This document shows positions 26,816-35,883 of a DNA stretch of 64,000 nt, piece by piece (position 1 is the first letter of the stretch; each line of letters opens with the position of its first letter). Origin of the DNA: Myxococcota bacterium. Lineage in GTDB: Bacteria > Myxococcota_A > UBA796 > CAJQPC01. The notes under the pieces were generated by a model. That model was not told where the DNA came from, ran no database searches, and was given only the letters and a program-made list of their open reading frames with translations. The position numbers and the translations under genes were made by a program. The DNA is taken from assembly GCA_036012755.1 (NCBI GenBank), contig DASCPX010000071.1, positions 32,001-96,000 on the forward strand, written 5' to 3'.

Positions 26816-29619
26816 GGGGCCCTCCATGCCGGAAGCGCTGGGCCGGGGAGCCAGCGCGGGTCGATGTACTGGGCCCGCCGCGGCAAGCCGACCGGAGCGA
26901 TCAGGCGTCGCTGTTCTGACTCGGCGACCAGGAAGACCAGGCGCAGGTCGTGATCCTCGAAGGCCCAGACCTCCATGTCGAGCGCCCTCGCCTCGCTTCG
27001 GAAGAGCTCGAGCGCGGCGGGGTGACGGGTCTCGTCGAAGAGGTGGAGCGCCTCCAACAGCGCGTCTTCGCCCGGCTCCAGGATCTCGCCGCTGACGAGC
27101 TCCTCCAGGCTGGCCTCCCGCACGGGGATGCGTGCGTTGTCCAACAACGCGCTGAGGATGCTGTCCTCGTCCAGCCCCGAGTAGAGCAGCCGATAGGGCG
27201 GGGCGAGGTAGGCCGTGACGTACTCGCCACCCGCGGCCCGGACGGTGTCCCGCCTGGGGTTGCTCGGGTCGTAGAACCGGATGCGCCGCGCGTCCCCGTC
27301 GTACCAGGCCGTGCTGCCGCCGGCGTAGCGGGCCAGGCCTGCCGCGGTCCACATGGCGTCCGGGACATCGTCGACGACGTCGATGGGGCGCCCGAGCGAC
27401 AGGACCGCGTCAGCGCCGGGGATCTCGTCCTCTCTGGATGCCTCGATCGCGATGACGGTGAGCTCGTCGATCCCGAGCGCCAGGTCACGCAGCACAGCGA
27501 GCTCCGGTGCCGCAGGGCCGGCGTTCCGCAGGGCCTCTGCGTCGAGGTCCGCGCGGGCGTCGTGGACGAGCAGCGCGGAGGCGTCGAGCTGCTCGTACCA
27601 AGCCTCGCCGACGTTCACGGCGAGGTGGTGGCGCCCGGCCGCCCGGACCTCGATGGCGTAGGGAGCGCCCTCCGTGCGCAGCCAGAGCGTGAAGCGCGGC
27701 GGCTCGCGCTCGGGGGCCGGAGCGAGCTGGATGGTGTCCTCGTCGTAGGCCAGCACCAGCCCCATCGCGGCGGCGTGGTCCGCAGCGACCCGCAGCCACC
27801 GGGGATCCCCCGTCCGGGCCTTCAGGATCGGCTGGAGGACGCCTCGGTCCAACAGCGCGATGTTCGTGACGGGCTCGGCGCCTCGGGGGTCGTTCTCGCT
27901 GGTGCGCGGGTAGCCGTCGCTGTCCCAGAGCTCCTGGGGGGCCCGAGTGGTCGGCAGATCGAAGCTCCGCAGCGCCAGCTCCAGCACCGCCAGCTCGCCG
28001 AGGACCAGGCGAGCGTCGCCGCGCCCTGCGTACTCGAAGCTGGTGGGGAGATCGGCGAGCAGCTCGACCAGAGGTCCGAGATCGACCTCGTCCGGGAGCT
28101 CGCCGTCAGTGTCCAGCCGGGTGCTCTCTCCAGCTTCGATGAGGAGCACGCGTCGGGAGGGATCGTGGCTGCGGCGCCGCAGCTCCTGCGACGGAGACAA
28201 CAGCAGCAGGTCCGCGTCGAGGACCTCTGCGAGGGTGACCGCCGCCTCCGCCAGCCCGGGCTCGACGTGGGCGAAGGGGACCTGGATCTCCAGCTCGCCC
28301 GCGCCGTCGCGCAGCCAGGCGGTGCCTACCAGTCCGAGGTCCCCGGAGTGAATGACCGCGCCCTCGTCGGAGAGGTCGACCTTGGCCCGCCTCCCCTGCC
28401 AGGCGATCCCGGCCTCCGCGGCGACCAGCGCCGTCCGGATCTCGCCCGTGAGCGGCTGGTCGACCCGGTCGTCGGGCGGCGTGAGCATGTGGACGACTCG
28501 CCTGCTCGAGGCGATCTGGCTGACGCGCTCGGTGTCCACGCTCGCCGCTTGCATGACACCAGAGCGCAGCTCGACGAGGCCCTGCCCCAGCGCGAGCCCG
28601 GACAGGGCGGTGACGAAGGAGATGCCGAGCGCCGGCATGAGCACGCGGGCCAGGCTGCCGTGGCGCCAGCAGCGGGTCGCGACGATGGCGGGCAGGAGGT
28701 AGCCGAAGCCGAAGATCTCGCCGATGCGGAATCCCGGCCAGAGGCCCTGCGACACCCACGCCAGGACGTACTTGAGCAGCCAGCTGACCACGAAGGCGAG
28801 CACGATGGGTCGCAGGCCCGACAGGTTCGCCGTGCGCAGGGGCCAGCGAGTCACCAGGGCGCGCATCGCCAGCACGATGAGGATGACCTCGGCGACGGTC
28901 GCGAAGAGCTTGACCGGGTCCAGCCAGCTGATGGCCAGCAGCCCGCAGACGATGATGCCCCCGAAGTCCCAGCCATAGCGGGCGGTCGTGTGGGAGGCGA
29001 TGAAGGCGCCGATCAGGACGAGCACGTACTCCCGCGGGGCGTCGACGAATGCCCAGGACAGGTCCTCGTAGGTCAGCTCGAACTCGGAGAGGTTGAAGTT
29101 CGTGAGCGGGATGACGACGAAGACCAACAGCGCGTATACGGCGAGGACAGGCAGCAGCACCAGGGGCGCGCCCTTCAGCAGCCCCGGCTTCCAGAGGGTG
29201 TTCGCCGTCAGCGGCACCAGCACCAGCCCGAGGCTGTGCCAGGCCTCGGACAGCTCGAGATCCGCGCCGAGCAGCACCTCGCGCACGAGGTCTCCCTCGG
29301 CGAGCATGCGCACGAAGATCGAGACGAGGATGATGAGGAAGAACCGGTCGCGCCCGAAGACCCGGTCGAAGCCGGGTGCCCGAGCCATCACCCGCCCGAG
29401 GAAGTGGGCGACCAGGTAGGTGAGCACCGCCTCGCCCGCGACGACGATGGCCGCCTCCGGACGCACGGCCAACACGGCGCCGAGGTAGCCGGGCACCACG
29501 AGGCCCGTCGCGGGCCAGCCGAAGCGCTCCGCGAGCCACCAGAGCACCAGCACACCGATCAGCACTGACGTCAGCAGGCTGTTGTCGATGTAGGCGCCCG
29601 GCAGCACGTGCAGCATCAA
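26812..29619 (-). CDS. Tandem CapC/PgsC-CapC/PgsC membrane protein fused to a large extracytoplasmic domain
   Basis: AERFGWPATGLVVPGYLG and VFGRDRF (CapC copy 1), ARYGWDFGGIIVCGLLA and FGYLLPAIVA (copy 2). About 10 TM helices, then ~580 hydrophilic aa. ATG 29616 is the likely start. Confidence 0.85.
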   Translation of the reverse strand: MMLHVLPGAYIDNSLLTSVLIGVLVLWWLAERFGWPATGLVVPGYLGAVLAVRPEAAIVVAGEAVLTYLVAHFLGRVMARAPGFDRVFGRDRFFLIILVSIFVRMLAEGDLVREVLLGADLELSEAWHSLGLVLVPLTANTLWKPGLLKGAPLVLLPVLAVYALLVFVVIPLTNFNLSEFELTYEDLSWAFVDAPREYVLVLIGAFIASHTTARYGWDFGGIIVCGLLAISWLDPVKLFATVAEVILIVLAMRALVTRWPLRTANLSGLRPIVLAFVVSWLLKYVLAWVSQGLWPGFRIGEIFGFGYLLPAIVATRCWRHGSLARVLMPALGISFVTALSGLALGQGLVELRSGVMQAASVDTERVSQIASSRRVVHMLTPPDDRVDQPLTGEIRTALVAAEAGIAWQGRRAKVDLSDEGAVIHSGDLGLVGTAWLRDGAGELEIQVPFAHVEPGLAEAAVTLAEVLDADLLLLSPSQELRRRSHDPSRRVLLIEAGESTRLDTDGELPDEVDLGPLVELLADLPTSFEYAGRGDARLVLGELAVLELALRSFDLPTTRAPQELWDSDGYPRTSENDPRGAEPVTNIALLDRGVLQPILKARTGDPRWLRVAADHAAAMGLVLAYDEDTIQLAPAPEREPPRFTLWLRTEGAPYAIEVRAAGRHHLAVNVGEAWYEQLDASALLVHDARADLDAEALRNAGPAAPELAVLRDLALGIDELTVIAIEASREDEIPGADAVLSLGRPIDVVDDVPDAMWTAAGLARYAGGSTAWYDGDARRIRFYDPSNPRRDTVRAAGGEYVTAYLAPPYRLLYSGLDEDSILSALLDNARIPVREASLEELVSGEILEPGEDALLEALHLFDETRHPAALELFRSEARALDMEVWAFEDHDLRLVFLVAESEQRRLIAPVGLPRRAQYIDPRWLPGPALPAWRAP

Positions 29620-29704
29620 ATCAGCCCAACCGAAGCATCCAGGCTACGCGAAATGGGGCCCCAGGGGATATTCCAAGGTCCTTTCGCGACCCCCATGGAC
29701 CGGC

Positions 29705-31492
29705 TCAGGCGCTGCGATCCACCCCGCGTCCGCCGTCCCGGACCAGCTGGGGCCCGAGCATGCCGGCGCGCTTTCCGGCGCCGGGAGCCTCGACCAGTTC
29801 GACGACGAAGCCTGCCAGGCGCCCGCGGTCGTGGCTGGCGGTGAGCAGCAGCAGCCCGCCGTTGGCATGCGGGAGCCGCAGGGTGCCCTCGCCGTTCATC
29901 ACCCCGAGCACTTCGCCGCGCGTGCCACCGGCACCCTGCCAGATCCTGGACAGCTGCGGCCTCGCGGGGCGCCCCTCGGGGAAGAGGGTCTCCTCGAGGC
30001 TCTGGTCGATGTTCACCAGCCGGCCGAGGGGATCGAACAGGGCCCTGGCGTGGGCGCCGGCGCGGGCGGTGGCCTTGATCCGGCTGGCGTCGGACAGCAG
30101 CGCGTCGAAGGCCGCGTTCACGATGGCCACGCCCACCTGGATGTAGCTCTCGATGCTCTTCAGCTCCGGCACGCGGACACGCTTCTTCCGCGCCTGGTGG
30201 GCCGCGACGGCGTACAGCGGTCTCAGGTCCGGGCTCTCCCCGCGCTTGTCGATGAGCAGCACACCTTCTCGCCCACAGCGTGACTTCAGCTCGATGACCA
30301 GCGGATCGGCGAAGGGGGTGGGCACGTCCTCTCCGACCTCGATCAGCCCGGTGCCGTCAGCGCCCGAGACGGTCAGGAAGCCACCGTCCACGCACTCGAC
30401 CGCCCACACGCGATCGGCGATCCTGAGGTCGATCGCCGCCGTGCACAGGTCCTGCCAGTCCCTCTCGAGATCCACGGTGTGGGGCTCGACATGGAGCTGC
30501 CAGATGGCCCGGTCGACGAGGGCCTCGAAGCCCTGCGTGTGGCTGACCCACCGGGCGCACTGAGCCGCCAGGAGCCCGCCGGCGAGCGCGAGCACGGGCA
30601 CCTCGAGCGGAATCAGCACACCGATCGCCAGCGGCAGCGCGACCACGACACAAATGGCCGGCGCTAGCACCAGCCAGCGAGGACGACGCGTCGTCAGGAG
30701 CAACAGGGCTCCACCCAGACAACCCAGCCACGCCCCGACCAGGGCTGCGCCCAGGCGCGGCACCGGAACGAGGTCCCCGCCAGCTGCGGTGCGGGTGAGC
30801 ACCTCGGCCAGCGGTCTCGGGCCGGAGGCGGTCTCGACGAGCGGCACCGCCCAGGGTGTCAACTCGCCGAGGACCACCGTCCTGCCCTTCATCGCTGCGG
30901 GATCCAGGTAGGCGAGGTTCCGGAGCCCGACAGTGGGAACCGGGGTGTCCTCTGAGGCCACGATGTGCACTCCGAGTCCGACCTCGTCTCGACTCAGGGC
31001 CAGCCGACCGGGGAAGCTGGGATCACCAGCCTTCCCCATGGTCCAGCGTCGCGTGACGCCATCCCAGTCAGCCTCCAGGCCCACGTCTGCGGCGTGCCCC
31101 CGGTCGAGGCGGACAGCGTCCACCGCAACCGGGGGATTCACCGCGGCGACCTCCGCTGCACCCGCGCGACGCGCGAGCGAGACGGCCTTCGCCCAGTCCT
31201 CCACGCCCTCGGCCTCGTCCATCGCGACGAGAAGCACCTCCTCGGTCTGCAGGGGTTCGAGCCAACCGGCCTCGAGCAGCGAATCGGTCACAGGTTGAGG
31301 CCCCTGTGCGGCGATCCAGCCGATGAGTGCCGCCATCAACGCGGCGAGAGCGACGATTGGCACGAACCCTGGTTGCAGCTGTCGAGCGGCGCGAGCCAGA
31401 GCGGAGGCCTCCGCCCGTGATGCAAACGCACCACGGAACGCGCGCACGACGGACGTAGAGCGCGGTTCAGTCAACAAAGCCTCAGAGCGCAA
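29705..31492 (-). CDS. CHASE2-domain membrane sensor-like protein without a recognisable output domain
   Basis: TM helix, VLLVAMDE, ADWDGVTRRW and KGRTVVLG (CHASE2 motifs), three TM helices, then a C-terminal PAS-like LFDPLGRLVNID. Start codon uncertain. Confidence 0.65.
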   Translation of the reverse strand: MRSEALLTEPRSTSVVRAFRGAFASRAEASALARAARQLQPGFVPIVALAALMAALIGWIAAQGPQPVTDSLLEAGWLEPLQTEEVLLVAMDEAEGVEDWAKAVSLARRAGAAEVAAVNPPVAVDAVRLDRGHAADVGLEADWDGVTRRWTMGKAGDPSFPGRLALSRDEVGLGVHIVASEDTPVPTVGLRNLAYLDPAAMKGRTVVLGELTPWAVPLVETASGPRPLAEVLTRTAAGGDLVPVPRLGAALVGAWLGCLGGALLLLTTRRPRWLVLAPAICVVVALPLAIGVLIPLEVPVLALAGGLLAAQCARWVSHTQGFEALVDRAIWQLHVEPHTVDLERDWQDLCTAAIDLRIADRVWAVECVDGGFLTVSGADGTGLIEVGEDVPTPFADPLVIELKSRCGREGVLLIDKRGESPDLRPLYAVAAHQARKKRVRVPELKSIESYIQVGVAIVNAAFDALLSDASRIKATARAGAHARALFDPLGRLVNIDQSLEETLFPEGRPARPQLSRIWQGAGGTRGEVLGVMNGEGTLRLPHANGGLLLLTASHDRGRLAGFVVELVEAPGAGKRAGMLGPQLVRDGGRGVDRSA

Positions 31493-31558
31493 GCTACCGC
31501 TCGGCCCCCCGTAGCGGCTTACGGGATTCTTACCGGTCGGCGCTACACTCCGTCCCGA

Positions 31559-32215
31559 ATGTTGCTGATGTCGACGATCGCCTGGGCCGGCGAGGCCCAG
31601 GACCTACGCTACGAGGTGCGCATCGACGAGGTCGTCGTCGGTCACCGTGACCTCCGCATCAGCTACGTCGAGGCCGAGGACGGAGAGCGCCGGCTGCTGG
31701 AATCTCGGACGACCTGCACGATCGGAGGGATCGAGTTCGACCAGCACGCGACCGGCCTTGGAGCCGCTGGGGTGCAGGGCTTCTCCTCCTCGATGAAGGA
31801 CCAGGACGGGGCCTGGAACATCCAGGCCGTGCGGGCTCCCGAAGGGCTGGTCGTCCACACGGTGAACGCCGGGGGCCGGTCTGAGAAGACCCTTCGCCAC
31901 GGCGAGGTCGACGCGTCGACGCTTGGCCTCATGGACCCCGCCATCGACCTTCGCGAGGGCCGCCTGCGAGTACTCTCCGCCGAAACGGGCGACGTGATCG
32001 AAGGCACGCTGGAGCGCGCCGATGGTGGGTGGGCCTACGTGACGGAGTCGTATACCCACCACCTGGTCTACGGCCCCGACGGTCACCTCCTGAAGTGGAC
32101 GACCCGCTGGCTGGGCCAGGACGTGGAGCTCCGCCTGATCGGGGAGCCCCCGAAGCGAGACTGGGGCGGCGTGGAGCCGCTGGGCGGCGACGGGGTCCGC
32201 GTCGAGGAGCTCTGA
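31559..32215 (+). CDS. Secreted hypothetical beta-rich protein
   Basis: Signal MLLMSTIAWA, typical codon usage, TACACT box at 31544-31549. Confidence 0.7.
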   Translation: MLLMSTIAWAGEAQDLRYEVRIDEVVVGHRDLRISYVEAEDGERRLLESRTTCTIGGIEFDQHATGLGAAGVQGFSSSMKDQDGAWNIQAVRAPEGLVVHTVNAGGRSEKTLRHGEVDASTLGLMDPAIDLREGRLRVLSAETGDVIEGTLERADGGWAYVTESYTHHLVYGPDGHLLKWTTRWLGQDVELRLIGEPPKRDWGGVEPLGGDGVRVEEL

Positions 32216-32249
32216 GGAGGAGCGGGAGCGGGAGCGCACGTGTCGATTC

Positions 32250-32860
32250 CACTCAGCACGGGCCCCGAGATCGGACCAGCAATGATGAAGGCCGCGCCGC
32301 CATAGGCGGGATCCCCCACACCGCCGACGAGTAGATCGGTGACAGCGTCTCCCGTGACATCAGGAGTGACCGCAACCGACAGGCCCGCAAGAGCGCCCTC
32401 CGCGTCCCCATCGATGTGCGTCTCGTAGTCCTCCAAGGCGACGTCGCCCCGCGGCGCCGGCGGACAGTCGTCATCGACGGACCCATCACAGTCGTTGTCG
32501 AGGAGATCGCAGATGTCTTCGTCGAACGCCTACGTCGAGGTTGCGATCGGGAACGACTCCTCAGGTTCCCTTCCACGGTCCTCTGCGTTTGGCGCCTGGC
32601 CGCGAGACGTGCGTTGATCTCCTTGTAGAACGTCCTGCCGATGACCCAGCCAAAGAGCGCTCCGAGTCCGGTTGTGGTGAGCTGCCAGGATCGATGAAGG
32701 GGTCATCCCCCGTCTCCTCCGTTTTCTCTTCCTCCTCAGGGCATTGAACCTCCCCGAACGGGGCGGGTTCTATCGTGCCAGACCCTTCCATTGCGTCGGA
32801 CGTCACGACCATCCATACGATGGCAATCCCACTGACGACAGCACCAATCAGCACGCCCGC
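32250..32860 (-). pseudogene. Degraded remnant of a MopE-repeat/FG-GAP surface protein gene
   Basis: The minus frame reads DEDICDLLDNDCDGSVDD...GALAGLSVAVTPDVTGDAVTDLLVGG..YGGAAFII but has an in-frame TAG at 32530-32532 just upstream. A TM-containing ORF (32561-32854) lies in another frame. Boundaries approximate. Confidence 0.55.
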
Positions 32861-32870
32861 ATGGACAGCG

Positions 32871-34556
32871 CTACTGAACCCAGAGCACCTGCCAGGTGTG
32901 CACGTTCTGGCCTTCGTAGCCCTCGAGGTAGCCCGGGTAGCTCGACGAGCTCGAGTACTGCTGCAGCGGCACGATCTGCATCCACCAGCAGCCCGTGCTG
33001 TCCGTGCTGTCGACGTCCGAGCTCATGTAGTAGTTGCCCGAGCCGTGCTCGTGCAAGCCGTTGAAGCCGCTGCAAGTGGTGGACTCCGCGCCCGCGATCC
33101 AGGTGTAGTCCGTGCCGTCGGTCGTCTCCGACAGAGCGTCGTGTTCCTGGGTCCACACCGTGTAGTGGGCCCGCGTGGCCGTGTCCCAGGTGCCCGAGTT
33201 GCCGACCTCGAGCCGGAGGGTCCAGGCCCCCGAGCTGTCCTCGAAGTCCGCCAGATCGTCGAGGTACGAGAAGTCGTCGTCCTCTGGCGAGCCCACGTCA
33301 CCGTAGATCGAGGAGCTCCAGAAGGTCGGGTAGTGCGAGGAGAAGAGCTTGGTCCAGCCGCCCCCGTCGTTCGTCATGTCGCACCAGGCTTCCCAGGAGT
33401 CCGAGGTGTCGCCGTCGTCGTCCGGGTCGATCCAGTACAGACCGTCTCCAGTGGACGCCCCGCTGTCGTAGACGTCCTTGCAGGACACCGCCGAGCAGGT
33501 CACGTCGCTTCCGAGCGCGCCGGAGTCCACGTCGCCGTCGCAGTCGTTGTCGACGCCGTCACAGATCTCGCTCTCGCCCGGGTTCGCGCTGGCGTCGTCG
33601 TCGTCGCAGTCCGTGTCGTCGGTGACCGTGTCGCTCGGCTGGACGCAGGCCACGGTGGACACCGATGAGTCGCCGTAGCCGTCCCCGTCGCTGTCGTCGT
33701 ACCAGGTGGTCGCGCTCGAGGTGTCGAGGTCCGAGTCGTCGTCGTCGATGTCCCCGTCACAGTCGTCGTCGATGTCGTTGCAGACCTCTGTCGCCCCGGG
33801 GTTCACGTCCTCTTCGGTGTCGTCACAGTCCGTGTCATCGGCCACGAACTCATCCGGGCGGCTGCAGGCCTCGACAGAGATGGAGGCGTAGCCGTAGCCG
33901 TCCCCGTCGACGTCCACATACCAGGTGCTCGCGTCGGCCACAGAGGGGTCGTCGTCGTCGACCGCCTCGTCGCAGTCGTCGTCGTAGCCGTTGCAGAGCT
34001 CCTCTGCGTCGGGATGGATCACGTTGTCGCTGTCGTCGCAGTCCGTGTCGTCCTCGACGTAGCCAGACGGGGCCTCGCATTCCTCGATGAGGCTGGTCGA
34101 CCCGAAGCCGTCGCCGTCGCCGTCGAAGAACCAGGTCTCGCGATCGACCGCGTCGCTGTCGATGTCGCCGTCGCAGTCGTCGTCGTAGCCGTTGCAGATC
34201 TCGGTAGCGTTCGGGCTGACTGCGGCGTCGCCGTCATCACAGTCGCCCACCTGCCAGGTGGTCTCGCCCGAGCCATCGCAGGCCTCGACGGGGGCCTCCT
34301 CGTCCCCCCAGCCGTCACCGTCCGCGTCCGCGTAGAAGGTGCCCGTGACGTCCTCGTCCACGAGCTCGTCGCAGTCGTCGTCGTAGCCGTTGCAGAGCTC
34401 CTCGGCCTCTGGGTGGACCAGGGCGTCCCCGTCGTCACAGTCGACGTCCTCGGCGTAGCCGTCGGCGTCAGCATCGACAGGTGCGGAGTCGAAGGTCGAG
34501 GACTCGACGGGGTCCTTGTTGCGGCAGGCGAACGACGCGAGGAGGAGCAAGGTCAT
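32871..34556 (-). CDS. Lipoprotein with MopE-type repeats and a C-terminal fibrinogen-like domain (paralog of 1218-3227)
   Basis: Starts MTLLLLASFACRNKD, same repeat units, GLYWIDPD...AWCDMTNDGGGWTK. Confidence 0.85.
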   Translation of the reverse strand: MTLLLLASFACRNKDPVESSTFDSAPVDADADGYAEDVDCDDGDALVHPEAEELCNGYDDDCDELVDEDVTGTFYADADGDGWGDEEAPVEACDGSGETTWQVGDCDDGDAAVSPNATEICNGYDDDCDGDIDSDAVDRETWFFDGDGDGFGSTSLIEECEAPSGYVEDDTDCDDSDNVIHPDAEELCNGYDDDCDEAVDDDDPSVADASTWYVDVDGDGYGYASISVEACSRPDEFVADDTDCDDTEEDVNPGATEVCNDIDDDCDGDIDDDDSDLDTSSATTWYDDSDGDGYGDSSVSTVACVQPSDTVTDDTDCDDDDASANPGESEICDGVDNDCDGDVDSGALGSDVTCSAVSCKDVYDSGASTGDGLYWIDPDDDGDTSDSWEAWCDMTNDGGGWTKLFSSHYPTFWSSSIYGDVGSPEDDDFSYLDDLADFEDSSGAWTLRLEVGNSGTWDTATRAHYTVWTQEHDALSETTDGTDYTWIAGAESTTCSGFNGLHEHGSGNYYMSSDVDSTDSTGCWWMQIVPLQQYSSSSSYPGYLEGYEGQNVHTWQVLWVQ

Positions 34557-34562
34557 CCGGCG

Positions 34563-34568
34563 AGTCTA
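34563..34568 (-). promoter_or_regulatory. Putative -10 box TAGACT, 6 nt before ATG 34556
   Basis: TANNNT with no SD in the spacer. Confidence 0.5.
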
Positions 34569-34594
34569 CCCGGAACCTCGTCGCCCAGGCACGC

Positions 34595-35851
34595 TCAGGA
34601 GCTGTAGCGCAGCCTCCCCCGCAGGAAGGTGTGCTTCACGCGGCCGGTGAAGGTCCGGCCCAGGAAAGCCGAGTTCTTCGAGCGACCCCGCAGGTGCTCG
34701 AGCACGACCGTCCAGGTCTCATGAGGATCGACCAGGCACAGGTCAGCCGAGCCAGCGGTGACCGTGCCGAGCTCCGGCATGCAAAGGACCCGAGCGGGTC
34801 CGGCTGTCATGAGCCGCACGGCGTGCTCCGCCGTCATCCGCCCCGAGTGGACGAAGCTCAACAGCGCCGCAAAGGCCGTCTCGAGGCCGATGACCCCGAA
34901 GGGCGCGCCGGCGAATCCGCGAGCCTTCTCCTCGGCCGAGTGGGGCGCGTGGTCGGTGGCGACCGCGTCGATGGTCCCGTCCAGGAGCGCCTCCACGAGG
35001 GCCAGGCGGTCATCCTCGCAGCGCAGCGGCGGGTTCATCTTGAAGTTCGGGTCGCCGCCGGCGCAGGCCTCGTCCGTGAGCAGCAGGTGGTGCGGGCTGG
35101 CCTCGCAGGAGACCCGAGCCCCCGCCGAGCGAGCCCCCCGTATCGCCTCGAGGCTGCGGCGCGTCGAGGTGTGGAGGACGTGGTACCGAGCGCCGGTCCG
35201 CAGAGCCATCTCCACGTCGCGCTCGACCATGAGGCCCTCTGCGTCGGCCGGCTGTCCGCGCAAGCCCAGCGCCTCGGAGGTCGGGCCCAGGGTCATAGGC
35301 GCCTGCCTCGAGACACGGAGGTCCTCTGCGTGCTGCATGAAGAGCAGGTCGTGCTCCGCGCAGAGGGCGAGCGAGCCCTCCATGAGGGCGTCGTCCATGA
35401 CGGGGAGGCCGTCGTCCGTGATCGCGACCGCGCCTGCACCGGCCAGCGCAGGGTGGTCCGTGAGCCGCTCCCCGGCGAGGTCGACCGTCGCGGCAGCGGC
35501 CACCAGGATGCGGATGCCGTCGACACGCTCGGACTCCTTGGCCTCGAAGCGCACCCGCTCCGGGGTGTCGAGTCGCGGCTGGGTGTTGGGCATCACGACG
35601 ACCGTGGTGATGCCTCCAGCCAGAGCCGCAGCGGAGCCGGTTTCGATGGTCTCCTTGTACTCGAAGCCGGGCTGGCGAAAGTGGACCTGCAGGTCGACGA
35701 GGCCTGCCATCGCCCAGAGTCCGCGACCATCCAGGACCTCGTCGTCGACAGGCCCCGGGTCCAGGGTGATGCCCTCTGGCCGGACCAGCAGATCGCAGAC
35801 GCGGTCGATGCCAGCCGCGGGATCGATGAGCCGAGCGCCTCTCACGAGCAT
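34595..35851 (-). CDS. pyrC: Dihydroorotase (multifunctional-complex type)
   Basis: GLVDLQVHFRQPG, AALAGGITTVVVMPNT, ITDDG, QHAED, HVLHTST, CEASPHHL, KMNPPLR, ATDHAPH, GVIGLETA and SKNSAF. ATG 35851 preferred. Confidence 0.9.
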   Translation of the reverse strand: MLVRGARLIDPAAGIDRVCDLLVRPEGITLDPGPVDDEVLDGRGLWAMAGLVDLQVHFRQPGFEYKETIETGSAAALAGGITTVVVMPNTQPRLDTPERVRFEAKESERVDGIRILVAAAATVDLAGERLTDHPALAGAGAVAITDDGLPVMDDALMEGSLALCAEHDLLFMQHAEDLRVSRQAPMTLGPTSEALGLRGQPADAEGLMVERDVEMALRTGARYHVLHTSTRRSLEAIRGARSAGARVSCEASPHHLLLTDEACAGGDPNFKMNPPLRCEDDRLALVEALLDGTIDAVATDHAPHSAEEKARGFAGAPFGVIGLETAFAALLSFVHSGRMTAEHAVRLMTAGPARVLCMPELGTVTAGSADLCLVDPHETWTVVLEHLRGRSKNSAFLGRTFTGRVKHTFLRGRLRYSS

Positions 35852-35883
35852 GCCCGCCAGATAGCACATGATACCCGCCCCGG

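Noticed and set aside
32216..32240. (GAGCGG)x3 short repeat after a stop codon
   Set aside because: Too short and GC-rich to be significant, with no hairpin or U-tract.
35676..35700. Gln in place of the first His in the dihydroorotase metal motif (DLQVH), suggesting an inactive PyrC'
   Set aside because: QVHFR variants occur in dihydroorotases and the other ligands (HAED, H, DHAPH) are intact. Not enough to call it inactive.
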